Shown in pieces: positions 11,676-23,273 of a stretch of 64,000 nucleotides of DNA; the first letter of the stretch is position 1; each line of letters begins with the position of its first letter. Under the pieces are notes generated by a model that saw only the letters and a list, made by a program, of their open reading frames with translations, ran no database searches and was not told the DNA's origin. The position numbers and the translations under genes were made by a program. Origin of the DNA: Cirrosporium novae-zelandiae (Eukaryota); NCBI GenBank assembly GCA_026023565.1, contig JAPETS010000016.1:248001-312000 (forward strand), read 5' to 3'.

Positions 11676-13372
11676 GGTGATTGGATTAAATAGGTAAGTT
11701 GATGATGGAGAAGTAGATGTTCAAGTTTGGCGGATCTTTTCTGGATTGGAAGTTTGTAGGTGAAGGTGACGATAAAAAGAAAAGGATGAATTTGCGAAAG
11801 TAAGGTCTCACGGACAACCTGGACTTCTTCTGGAGAATGAAAGATGCGACTGTCAACCACGCTAAAGCACGAAACTTGAAGCTATTCTGATTTGGGGTTA
11901 GCTACTCAGTAGGGTTAATGTACTGCCATGTTAGGCAAATAGGGTTTTGGAGAAGTGTTGTATTCAGAGCTTCAATCGCTGCCTTGCTGCCTTGCTGCCT
12001 TATTGCCTTACTGCCTGGTTACCTTTCACAAATCGATGATTAACACCAGAGGGTCGGAAACTAGCATCTATTGGTCCATCTATCGGTCCATGTTACAGGA
12101 AATAAGTGGGGTATTTGTTACTCTTGCTGCGGCCGTAGTTGCTGGTAATCTCAAAATAATCCCTCCGCTAAAAGCCGATTTGACAATTGATGACGCCGTC
12201 AGGGTCAAGGTGATTATCTTGACAGGACATTTGTACTTTATCTGGTTGGAGATAAAATGAGGAGATTAAATCGAAGATCCTTCTCCGCATCTGCCAAGTT
12301 TTTTTGTTGTTCTTCTGCAGCGTGACTTGACTCGGAACCTATGAGGGCCTATGAAAGAGCCAAGATAACACAACTGTTGGATAACGAAGTATAACAAAGT
12401 ATAACAAAGTAATGCAATGTTTGACTACCGAGGTAACTATAGCTGGTGTAATTATGATTGTAAAGATATGTGTCAAATGCTTCAAATGACGTCAAACAAG
12501 GTGGTTATGCTTCCGTTCCTAACGCTTAAAAACCCTTGTCTGATGATTGACAAAAAGACCAAGCTCCAGACAGTCCCCCGACGTCCAACCTATTATCTCT
12601 CATTGACTTTCTATCTCGAAAACGGTCAACGGTCAGTGCTGTCTGTATACCTACACCCCTCACCAAACTCATAAATCAATAAAGGCAAATAAGATAAAGG
12701 TTTATGCTGTACCAGTTATTTAATATGTAAAAACCAAAGTCAGTAAAAGGAAAATAAGGACTGGAACCATGGATTTTAGTTCCTCGAGATGTCGGGGTGA
12801 TCATCCTCCTAATAGATGGAACCATCGGCATGGTATGGGTATTGGGTATCTAACAGGGCCCCCAAACCCAGACCCCCCCCCCCCCCCCCCCTTCCAACCA
12901 GATTATGCGCATTTCTTCACATTTCATACATCTCTTCTATAAAATATCTGCGGTCGCCAGCAGGTGGGGAAATGTTACCAGTTACCTTTTCTTTTGCTTT
13001 TGCTTTTGCTTTTGCTTTTTCAAGGCTGGTTCAAGCAAAGCCTGGTAGCACACTTTTCAACTTGACTCATTCCTTTAACCTATTACTCTTCAGCCTATCC
13101 TTGCTGTCCTGTTCAACCTACTGAGCTGGCGCAAATAAAATCATGAACCTGTACGTCTTTACCTACCACTAATTTTCTTTCCATTTCATGTTCGACATTA
13201 CTAATATTGTATTGGAATATAGTGTGGCCCTTGGACTCCTTATGCTACTGCAGTAGCATGTCATATAACCCTCCGAGCCTTGCGATTTAAATGGTGAATG
13301 AATGTGATTAATATCAGCAAGAGTTGGAAATCGGCTCTCTCTGTCGGTCATAATCCTCATCAAAATAGCCTG

Positions 13373-15441
13373 ATGGGGCCCAGTCGGATTATCTTCGTGC
13401 CTGGTGGACCAGATCCCGGATTGCAAGATGATAATGCAGGCAGGCTTGCTCTTGGCCAATGGTCAAATATCCTGCCATGTTCTCCTAAAGCTGACGCTAG
13501 ATGTAGCTCAAGGAATTCGTCGTCGCAAACCAGATGAGGATGCCTCATCTAAGACTGCTACACAAAACGATCTCCTTTTCATTAGGGTTGATAAACCAGG
13601 AGAAAATAATTCAAATACAAAAAGGTTGATCAGATCTCAAGCAATGCTAGAACATAGTCGCAAGCAACGAGAAAAAAGACAGAGCTTGGGGTTAAATTTT
13701 ATACCTTACCAGGGCTCACGAAAAAAGGCCCAAGTAGGTTCTCTAACCATCCATAAGCCATAGAAGCACTTTAGTAGAATTAACGCGCAAGAAATCTTCT
13801 AACTTGGACTGAAATTCAAGGGAAAGGCTACTAAACGAGTCGAGCGAGGACCTTCTTTGTTTCTAAAAGCACAACTCGATCCGTTCGCTGCCCTTCCAGA
13901 ACTCCCTCGTCTACCGCAAGACGATAGCTCTTTCAATGAACTTAAGATGTTAGGTAAAATAATCTCTACCGCTTTCTGCGTCTTGCTTGTGTTAACTGAC
14001 GCCGAGTCTAATTGACAGCAACACGATGGTATGCACAGCCTATAATGCATTCATTCATATTACCGCTCACTGTTTCGCATCCGGCAATGTTTATGGGCTT
14101 GATTTTCCAGACCAGTGCTTCTCTTGATGCTATGCGTGGACAGGGAGAGAGCAGAATGTCGACTCTACTCAAGACCGAAACAGTTCGTCTCATAAACCAA
14201 AACCTAAGTCATCCTCAAAAAGCTTTAGCGGCCGAGAATATAGCTGCTATTGCAATGGTTGGCGCTGCTACCAATGTATGTCATGGATCCTGTATAATCG
14301 TTTCTCCGATCCCTGATTCGCCCAAAGCAACTTCTATTTGCGAATGCAGACTAACGCTTGATTTTCCTAGACATATTCGGCCGGAGACTATACCGAATAT
14401 CGAATGCATAGGACCGGCATGGATAAGCTCATTGACCTCCGTGGAGGGATTCCCTCTTTCATGGTAGGAAAGTCAAGCTTCGACCAAGTTTTCTCAAAGC
14501 TGTTGATTTTACACTTCTTCATGACTACAGAAAGAAGTGGTGGCACCATCCCTCTTCGGGAGGTCTTTGAAAGTCTGTTGGACGTTGAGAAACCTGATGT
14601 TTTCGATAAACCCATGTCTTATCCTGAGTCGCCCTACTATTCGCCTAGTAATTTTGAGAATTTTCGTTCTCCCGCGTCCCGAGCGCCACGAAGACTAGCA
14701 CTACTCCGTGATATTCGCGATCTTTTCCAAACTTTGGAAAAAGAATATGCCTTTTTTTTTCCGAACAAGGACGAAATCACCGCAGAACGCGCCATTATCC
14801 GAGAAAGGATTCTCAATCTTCCTCATGTTGACCATTTGACGCCGGGCCGTAAAACCCCCGATTTCATCTTTGAAAGTTGTCGATTAGCTGCTCTTATAAT
14901 GATTCGAATGATTGACTTTTCCCAACCAGCAAGGGATGCAGTAAATGGTACGAACCTTTGCGCTCAGCTAAAGGCTGCCCTAATGAAAACGGACTTGGAA
15001 CGTCTATGGGGTGAGCTGGTTGGTGTTTTATGGTGGATCATCTTACTCGCTGTTCCTGCTGCTCATGGAAGTCCCGAATGGCCGTTTTTCTCTGCCCTCT
15101 CGACTCGGCTTATGTTCGAAATGGGATATCAGAACTTTTGTTATAAATCATGTTTCGCACCAATTGCCAAGTCTATATGGCTCCAGAAACTTTGTGCAGC
15201 CGGTCCGGAGGCGGCAGTCACATATCGCGAAAATGCATTCATCGATTTGGGATCCCCCGAGCGTGAATTGGGAAGAGTTATAGAAGAGGTAGCAGAATCC
15301 TCACCAGAAAGCATCGTCTCCGCATCATCGACGTCTACCCATACAGCCATTTCTAGTAGCGATGAGAGGTTTATTGAGGAGAAACTGCCCTATCGCCGTC
15401 CGTCTCAGACACCAACCAAACGAGTGAGTATTGACGTTTAA
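13373..15441 (+). CDS. Fungal-specific transcription-factor-domain protein (Fungal_trans_2-like, no Zn2Cys6 cluster visible); 5' end uncertain
   Basis: Spliced frames give LLFIRVDKP...KRLIRSQAMLEHSRKQR, LDPFAALP, and HRTGMDKLIDLRGG...ESCRLAALI...LWWIILL. These motifs are typical of this fungal family. Introns at about 13734-13820, 13953-14018 and 14276-14370. Confidence 0.7.
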
Positions 15442-16732
15442 TCTAAAGTGTTTAATTTAACTAAGGCTTCTTTAGGTACAGGATAAGATACCATGATAGC
15501 TTTTGGACCTTTGCTCTATTTATCTATGGAAAAGTCGCGGCTATTTGGTAAGCCATCTCGACGAGCATAAAGATGTCTGCAGAATCTCCATAGAATGATG
15601 CTTTCAATCCTGACAACTTGCATAGGTTAGATTAGAAAGACTTTCGGAATAAGCCCTGCGCAACCCAGTCAACTTGTTATCCATTGGGGCTACCCGCCTG
15701 CACAATCGAGGGAGAGAAATTCAATTCCATGTGTATTCGCAACACTTTTTATTAGGACTAAGAGTGAAGCCAAAACGTGATGCTACAGTACATGGTACAG
15801 ACAGGTTTCAACAACCAAAAATACCAATTCATCTTGGGGGGTGATTCAAACCAGTTTTCAATGAAAACCGATTTTGTTCTTCGAATTTTAGGGTGGTCGC
15901 CAAGCAAAGGGGTCACTGATGTGGATTGTATGAAACACAAGTCTACTATCACTTTTGATCCCACCCTCGGATAAGCTCTCCTCCCCAGAAGCGCCCGCTA
16001 AACGCTAAGAACGGGAATCACTCCAAACCACCACGTTGATCTATATGGAGCTCCACAGGGTACCGAACTCTCATATAAATATTCTAGTAAAGGTGACCGA
16101 AGAATTGTTCGCCATGACCCCCTGAAATAAAGGCTATTGGGTGGTATCTACAACAAAGGTCTTATCAATTAGTATAGCCAATCGTTCGAAAACTCCCTCA
16201 TACGTCATAGCCTTGGCTGACAGCATTGGCAGCTGCCCTGTTAATATGAAGAAATTCTTATAGGGGTTATCCTCATGGCTACTGAAATAGTTATCATAAT
16301 TTTCCTATCTGCCATATCGGTTTAATCAGGAAGTTTCAGGAGGCCCCAACATCGTCATGTATTGTGAAGATCAGATTAGATACCAGATATATAGCCCTAA
16401 GCTATATTAGGGGAAATCACAGCCCATGGTTTAAAAAAGAACATGATTGCGAACATATAAACTAATGGTAGAAGTTAATAATGCCAGAGTAACAAGCATC
16501 AAGATACTAAGAGTAACTAGATCGAGTGAAATTAAGGCCTTGGAGTACCCCGCATGGAGTCGAGGGGTTACTAAGGTTCTCCGTACCAACTCGAAAGCTT
16601 CTCAACACCACACCTCCCAGTCAATTGACCTCTTTTCTGTTGCTTGATTGACTAGAGCGCCTGTTACTTTGTTTACTGGAATGATTCTTTTTCGAGTAAT
16701 TAAGAGCAAGCACTCGCCTTTCCATCAGCACT

Positions 16733-18028
16733 ATAAGCTTCGCCTCTCCAATTAGTCGTGGAAACTGGCACTACAATGGTGACCTCTACGTTGAAGTCGG
16801 ACCTCTCAATCGCCATAAACGTGCTAGTGTTTCCGAACTGACTCAACTTCTCCGACCCAAAGCCTCGAAATCCAAGTCCACTACTCCAACGCCCGCCGAC
16901 CAAGTCGGTCATTGGTACGAAGCCCAGCTCCTACAGTATGGCCTACAACCTTCGAAAACGAAAGCTGTGGCAAAGGTCAGGTTGCTAGAATCCATAAATG
17001 CTGGAAATTTGAAGGTTCCGGCGGATATTCAGAAGTTGGAGCGGGGAATGAAGAAAGAATTTGGGGTCAAGGAGAAGGAGGCTAAAGCAAAGTACAAGGC
17101 TGGGATGGGAGCATCTGAAAAAGACCAGAGTACTACGACTGGTGCTGGAAGGAAGAGAAAGCAATCTGAAGGAGTCAGTGTTAACGTGAATCTCAGTTCT
17201 AGTTATGCCGACTTTAAGGGTAGAGGCGATGACGTTGGAATTGCAATGCCGGTGAAGAAGGTTAGGACTTTAAAGAATACGGCTGTGGAAACATCTTTGG
17301 CTTCCAGGTCTACGGGTGAAATGACAAGACTGGGTACTGGGAATGCTGCCTCTACCAGGCCAAAACAGACGGCGAGGAGGATCGGAACACCAATAGGCAC
17401 CCAACCGTCGTCGAAAAAGCGGAAAGAGAGTAAGCCTCCTTTACTGAAATATTCCTATTCCATCCACCAGATCATTCAATCTAACAAGAGTCACAGCTAT
17501 CAAAAATGAGCCTGGGGTGAGAGAAGAACCCGCTATTAAAAAAAACGCAGTACTACAAAAGAACCTCCCATCAAACCAGACCCTGACACCAATTTCAACA
17601 CCCTCCCTTTCGGCCCCTTGGGTCTCCTCAATGGCACCTACACCCTCAGCCCCCCCGACTATGTCGATATCGAATGCACACTAACCATCACCCTCGCAAC
17701 ACCCTCCCTCTGGGGCGCCTTCAGCTTCGGTGACATTTCCGGTCTCTTTCTCGTTCCTACGCGCCCCTACGTCCCATCACCAGAACCCCTTTATTTCAAT
17801 TGGCGTGGCTTTGACGAAGGGAATGGGTATAACCGTGCCGGACAAGGCTGGATCACTTTTCTTGGTGGGGGGCTCATGGAAATGGGGTTTGATGTTACCG
17901 ATGAGCAGGGGTGGCAGATTAGGGGACATAGAGATCAGGGGCCGGGAAATGCGCCTTTGGATGCTAGGAACCTGAAAAGGGAGTGGAATATGAGAGGTCA
18001 GGATTTGGAGATGATGGCGCCCTCTTGA
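16733..18028 (+). pseudogene. Conserved-looking fungal hypothetical protein with a lost start codon and a frameshift
   Basis: The open frame from ATA at 16733 reads (I)SFASPISRGNWHYNGDLYVEVGPLNRHKRASVSEL...DQVGHWYEAQLLQYGLQPSKTKAVAKVRLL. There is an in-frame TAA at 16697 and no ATG before the domain. After the intron (about 17431-17497), the A8 run at 17538-17545 puts the C-terminal LGLLNGTY...FNWRG domain out of frame. Confidence 0.6.
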
Positions 18029-18200
18029 GCAGTGTATTAACAGAACAGGAACAGGAATGTCCGATTTTGGAAATACCAAACCAGATGGGGTGAGGGGAGG
18101 AGCGAGAAATTCAGTATCTAACCCCCACCTCCCTAAAAGCTACAAGAAACCGACCTATGATCAATCTCATCTCATTCATGTACAATATATACCAAAAATC

Positions 18201-18235
<35 letters not shown>

Positions 18236-18830
18236 CTCCCCAGGACTCCGGACGGATATGGATATGGAATATGGAGTTAGGAAAAAATGCACTATATATA
18301 CTATGTACAATCACATAATACTAGCCAACTAGTACCAACTTTTAAATCAAACCTCTTGACCCAAAATCCTCATCGACTCGTTTCTCTATCTAAACATACC
18401 ACACTATAAGCACATAGATAACCGTCAAAACATCCCCCATCCCCTCAGGTGGGGACCATCGATGTCAAGATCCGCTAAACCTCTCGCGATACGCATTAGC
18501 TGGAGCCAGTCGATTGATTCGAAGCTCCACTAAGCCGACTCTTCCGCCTTACCATCGGTGGAGGTGCTCCGGCCGCTTCGGTGCTCCGGCCATCTCTATC
18601 CTTTCCATTTAGCCCGTTCCGGCACTAGCTGCGGCAAGGATCCAGCTCCGTCTACAGCCAACTTCCGGAAAATCCGTGCCAGCGTCAGATACAAACCAGC
18701 ATCAATATCACAAGTGCCATCCCAAAAGTACCGACGAGATATTAAACCCACCAGCGTTTGATGCAAGAGATATCTTCATTTAGCCTCATTGAATAGCTCA
18801 CGATCCCGCCGACACAAAAGGGTAGTAAAC

Positions 18831-19794
18831 ATGGCTGCGACCACGGACCCCTCGGCACAGCAGGAGGAACTCAACCAGAAGTCAAAAATCACACTTTATT
18901 GGTATACGCCGCTCAATTGATTTTTCGACGACACCAGCGTGATGGTGTCAGCTAACAGCAACCATAGGCTCGAGCAATCTCGCTCCCAGCGTATCCTATG
19001 GCTGCTCGAGGAGCTGTCTCTGCCCTATAATCTGCAGACCTTTAAACGTGGCAGCGACATGCGGGCGCCACCCGAGCTCAAAGAGATCCACCCGCTCGGC
19101 AAGTCACCTGTCATTGCGATTGAGCCTGCCGGTGGCGGTGAAAGGATTGTGCTTGCGGAGAGTGGAAATATCGTAGAGGTGCTGTGCGAGTTCTACGGGC
19201 GCAGGTTGATGCCAACAAGGTGGAAGGCGGGTAAGGAAGGCGAGATCGACGGCGAGACAGAAGAGTGGAGACGCTACAGGTACTTTCTGCAATATGCAGA
19301 GGGAAGTTTGATGCCGTTCCTGATGATGAAAATGATTGCTGGCAGTACGTCATCCTGATGCTTCAATTCCAGACCCACCCTTTTCCGACATATTTTGCGA
19401 TTCTCCACCGGTCACAGTAGCATAATTGGATGCTAATATCTGTGCAGATATTCGCAAAGCTCCCGTCCCTTTCTTCATCAAACCTATCACCAACAGGATT
19501 GCGGGAGGCATTGAATCATCGTTTGTCGATCCCAACATAGCGACACAGCTCAGCTTCATAGAACAGCAATTGTCCACCTCCCCTAACGGTGGATCATACC
19601 TGTGCGGTGAGAAATTGACAGGCGCAGATATCTTAGTGAGCTTCCCGTTAGAAGCCTGTATCATGCGCAGTATAGCTACGCCCGACAAATACCCGAAGCT
19701 GTGCGCCTATGTGCAGAAGCTACAGGAGAGTGAGGCGTACAAGAAAGCAGTGCAGAAAATTATAGAGGTTGAGGGCGAGTATAAGACGATTTAA
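18831..19794 (+). CDS. Glutathione S-transferase (GTT1-like); 3 exons
   Basis: ITLYW|LEQSRSQRILWLLEEL, RAPPELKEIHPLGKSPVI, LAESGNIVE, YAEGSLMP, YLCGEKLTGADIL. Two GT-AG introns. Confidence 0.92.
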
Positions 19795-20546
19795 GGAACA
19801 ACAACGAAAGGATGGCGAAGGTGACGAAAGGAGGCATTCAGGAGATACGAGGTCCTTTATTCTGCAGTCGCAGGTTAATATTCTGTATACGGCAATGAAA
19901 ATGGTATTAAATACCCTGTAAACATTGTTGTAATACCCCTAAGAAGAGCCTGCCTAGTTTATTAGATGGCCTCGCTTGCTATATAGTCAGTCAGTCAGTC
20001 AGCTTACAATAGTTCAACCTAACCCTAATTAATTAATTGATAGAACTATCTTTCTTCATTAACAAACAATGCAAACACATCCATCCTTTAGTCTACGTAT
20101 GCCTGCCTGAGGTTGCCATTTACCATTTACCATTAGACTAGACTACCATCTCACAAAGCTCCTCCATCCATCCCACACCCACTCACTCACTCAACCAACC
20201 TGTTTTAATCAGAACCAACAACAGCAGCACACCCGAAATAATAGACTAAACCGTTACAATCACCCCATCAGTACAGTACAGTACAGTAATAAAAGTAATA
20301 AAACCCTCCCTCTATATCCACCACCACCACCACCACCACCACCACAAACGTTGCACGGGGGGGGCCCTAGTCTAATGACCTCATCCACTCATTAAACCAA
20401 ACTTAAAACATTTGGTTTAGTTTAGTTTGGTTGATTTGTCAGCTTGCTTACCTTGCTCGCTATTACACTCGGTCAATAAATGCGAAGAAGAAGAAGACAC
20501 GAAAGGGATGATGTTGAGACTGATTCAGATTAATAAAGCAAGGGAG

Positions 20547-20547
20547 A

Positions 20548-20586
<39 letters not shown>
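20547..20586. repeat. (GATT)n microsatellite
   Basis: Direct reading of the sequence. Confidence 0.9.
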
Positions 20587-21039
20587 AGGTGTAGGGTACT
20601 TTTATTTAATTCTATTGGTTAGAGGATTTATAATAGAAATACTGTGGTAGTATGGTAATAGTGATTGAAAGTACTTGTATTTTGTGTTTGAGTCTGTAGA
20701 ATCTCTGGGACTAACCCTGGTTGTTGTTGTTGGATAGACTAGGTTTATCAGCATATGAGGGGAGGGGGCTTGGGTTAAAATTACCACATCTATCCTATTT
20801 CAATTCCAGCCTTTTTTTTTTGTGTCTGTCTGACTTGACTATATATATATCTAGCCTGATATATTGTATCTATATCTAAATCTATAAGATTCTCGACCTC
20901 CCCGCTATTATTGTGCTTTTCCGAGCTTGATTATCTTCAATTCAACTTTCTCCCACCCTCCTCATCCTCATCACCATCACCATCATCATCACCATTCTAA
21001 CCCACACCAACCACCGAACCAGCCATTCCCCCCTTCCCA

Positions 21040-22311
21040 ATGGCCCTTCCTACCCCCTCCACCCCCCTCCCATCCACAATGCAAGAAGCCCTAATCCACA
21101 CCTCCCCCCACCTGCACTCCACAACCCACACCCACCCCCTCCCCCCCCTAACCCCCACCACCCTCCTAATCCGAGTCTCCGCCGCCTCTGCAAACGTAAA
21201 AGACTGGCTGCACCCAACCCTTCTCTCCCTCCCGCCCCTAAACTCCGGCGACGACCTCTCCGGCACCGTCGTCGCCATGGGCTCTGCCGTCGCCGCAGAA
21301 GCAGAAACAGAAACAGAAACAGAAACAGGCAGATTATTCAAAATCGGTGACAGAGTTGCGGCGATGCATCCAATGTTGGAGCAGCCTGGGGGCGCGTACG
21401 CGGAATACGCAAGGGCGCCGGCGGATACGACGTTGAGGATTCCGGGGGATGTTTCGTTTGCAGAGGGGGCGACGATTCCGCTTGTGGCGATTACGGCGGG
21501 GTTGAGTCTTTTTCGGAGGCTGGGGTTGAGGGCTCCTTGGACTTCAACTCAACCTCAAACCAAAACCACAATACCAACCCCAACACCCCTAATCGTCTAC
21601 GGCGCCAGCTCCGCTCTGGGGTGCTACGCCATCAAGCTCGCCCGCCTCTCAAACATCCACCCCATAATCGCCATCGCCGGTTCCAGCTCCGCCTACGTCT
21701 CCACCCTCCTTTCCCCCGCCAAAGGTGACAAACTCCTCGATTACCGTGTCGGTGAAACACAACTGCTCGCGGATGTCCGCGCCGCGCTGGATGGCATACC
21801 GGCCCAACATGGGATCGATTGCATCAGTAGCAATGGGACTTGGGTGCTTGTGTCGAAGATGTTGGGTAGTGATGGTGAGGAAGGAGGGGAAGGGGCACAA
21901 TTATCGGTTGTAAGCGGCGCACATAAATACGATGATGCTGGGATCAAACCTGGCGTGAGGATTATATATACCTATGTTGGCACGGCGCATTCGGGGGCCT
22001 ATAAACCGGGGATGCCGAAACAGCCTACGAAAGAAGAGGCGGCGGGGGATAGGGGGTTTGTGAGGGAGTTTGTGGGGTTTTTGGAGAGGGTTTTGGGGGA
22101 GGGGGTGGTGGAAGGTGGGGGAAAGGAGGGGGAAAGGGAGGAAGGGAAGAGGAGGAGGGCATTCGAGGGTCATCCATTTGAAATTGTCCCGGGGGGGTTG
22201 GAGGGTGTGGGGGAGGGGTTAAGGAGATTGAAGGCGGGAGAGGCGAGGGGGAGGAAATTTGTTTTTCTTATTAGGGAAGAGGAGGAGAAGAAGAAGAAGG
22301 GGGAGGAATGA
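21040..22311 (+). CDS. MDR-superfamily enoyl-reductase-like / quinone oxidoreductase
   Basis: Single 423-aa ORF with ANVKDW, NSGDDLSGTV, FKIGDRVAA, GAYAEYA, SFAEGATIPL, the Rossmann motif IVYGASSALG, and GGLEGVGEGL. Confidence 0.9.
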   Translation: MALPTPSTPLPSTMQEALIHTSPHLHSTTHTHPLPPLTPTTLLIRVSAASANVKDWLHPTLLSLPPLNSGDDLSGTVVAMGSAVAAEAETETETETGRLFKIGDRVAAMHPMLEQPGGAYAEYARAPADTTLRIPGDVSFAEGATIPLVAITAGLSLFRRLGLRAPWTSTQPQTKTTIPTPTPLIVYGASSALGCYAIKLARLSNIHPIIAIAGSSSAYVSTLLSPAKGDKLLDYRVGETQLLADVRAALDGIPAQHGIDCISSNGTWVLVSKMLGSDGEEGGEGAQLSVVSGAHKYDDAGIKPGVRIIYTYVGTAHSGAYKPGMPKQPTKEEAAGDRGFVREFVGFLERVLGEGVVEGGGKEGEREEGKRRRAFEGHPFEIVPGGLEGVGEGLRRLKAGEARGRKFVFLIREEEEKKKKGEE

Positions 22312-23273
22312 TAATTAATGATGCTGAAGGGGGGGGGGGGGAAAGGAATAGGGGAGGATGTTTGTTTGTTTGTTACGGTGCAACTAGGTTGGATATCCTA
22401 ATTAATTAATCAATACTAAGTATCCGATGTCGTTTTTTTTTTTTTTTTTGGTTTAGTTACTGTAGGTATGAGTGTTTGTTAACAAGGCTTGCCCTTCTAA
22501 CGATGGTATTTTTTTTTTTTGAGGGTTAGTCTAGTCTAGGGGATTTAAGTTAATTAGTTAATGGACTGACTATTAGATAATATATATATATATATATATA
22601 TAATAATGCCTTGCTTAGTCCTTTGGTTCCTTTTAAAAACAAACAAACAAACAAACAATCCTATAGAACTCTTATAACCCCCAAACACGCACGAGGAGAG
22701 AGAGAGGTATGAGGAAGAGAAGAAGGTGATTCGAAAAAAACATAATTAGTCTAATCCTTAAAAGAAGATATATTTATCTATCTATGAAATCATTTCTGCT
22801 TATTTCATTTCAGCCCTAGTCTACTACTTACTCAAAGTAAAAAAAAAAAAAAAAAGCTAGAGATTAGAGATTTATTTGCCCCTGATGGTTAATGGTTAGT
22901 GGTTTGGGGAAAGGGGAAAAAGGGGAAAAAAGGGAAAAGAGGTTCGTTGATTGGGGCATTGGATTGGTTTGGTTAGGCAGGGAGTGCGAAATATAGATAT
23001 GTAATTATGGTAATTATAGTAGGTGTAATGTTATAATGTGGATGGGATGGTTATGGGTTTTTTATTTATTTGGTGTGAGGGGGGTATTAGGACTAGGACT
23101 AGCATGAGGGCATATCTTACCTAGTCTATATCCTTAGCTAACCATTCATTTTGATTTGATATTGCATTTATCTGATCAAAGATCCTCGGTTTTGCCATCA
23201 CAATCATTAACACAATTGCCCCATCCTCTTCTCACATCTCATTATTCCCGTGGGCTTATCTATCCCTCACCCA

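Noticed and set aside
15760..16650. Intron-like signals and an AFISGGHG word (DJ-1/PfpI-like) on the minus strand
   Set aside because: Many stops and no further motif support.
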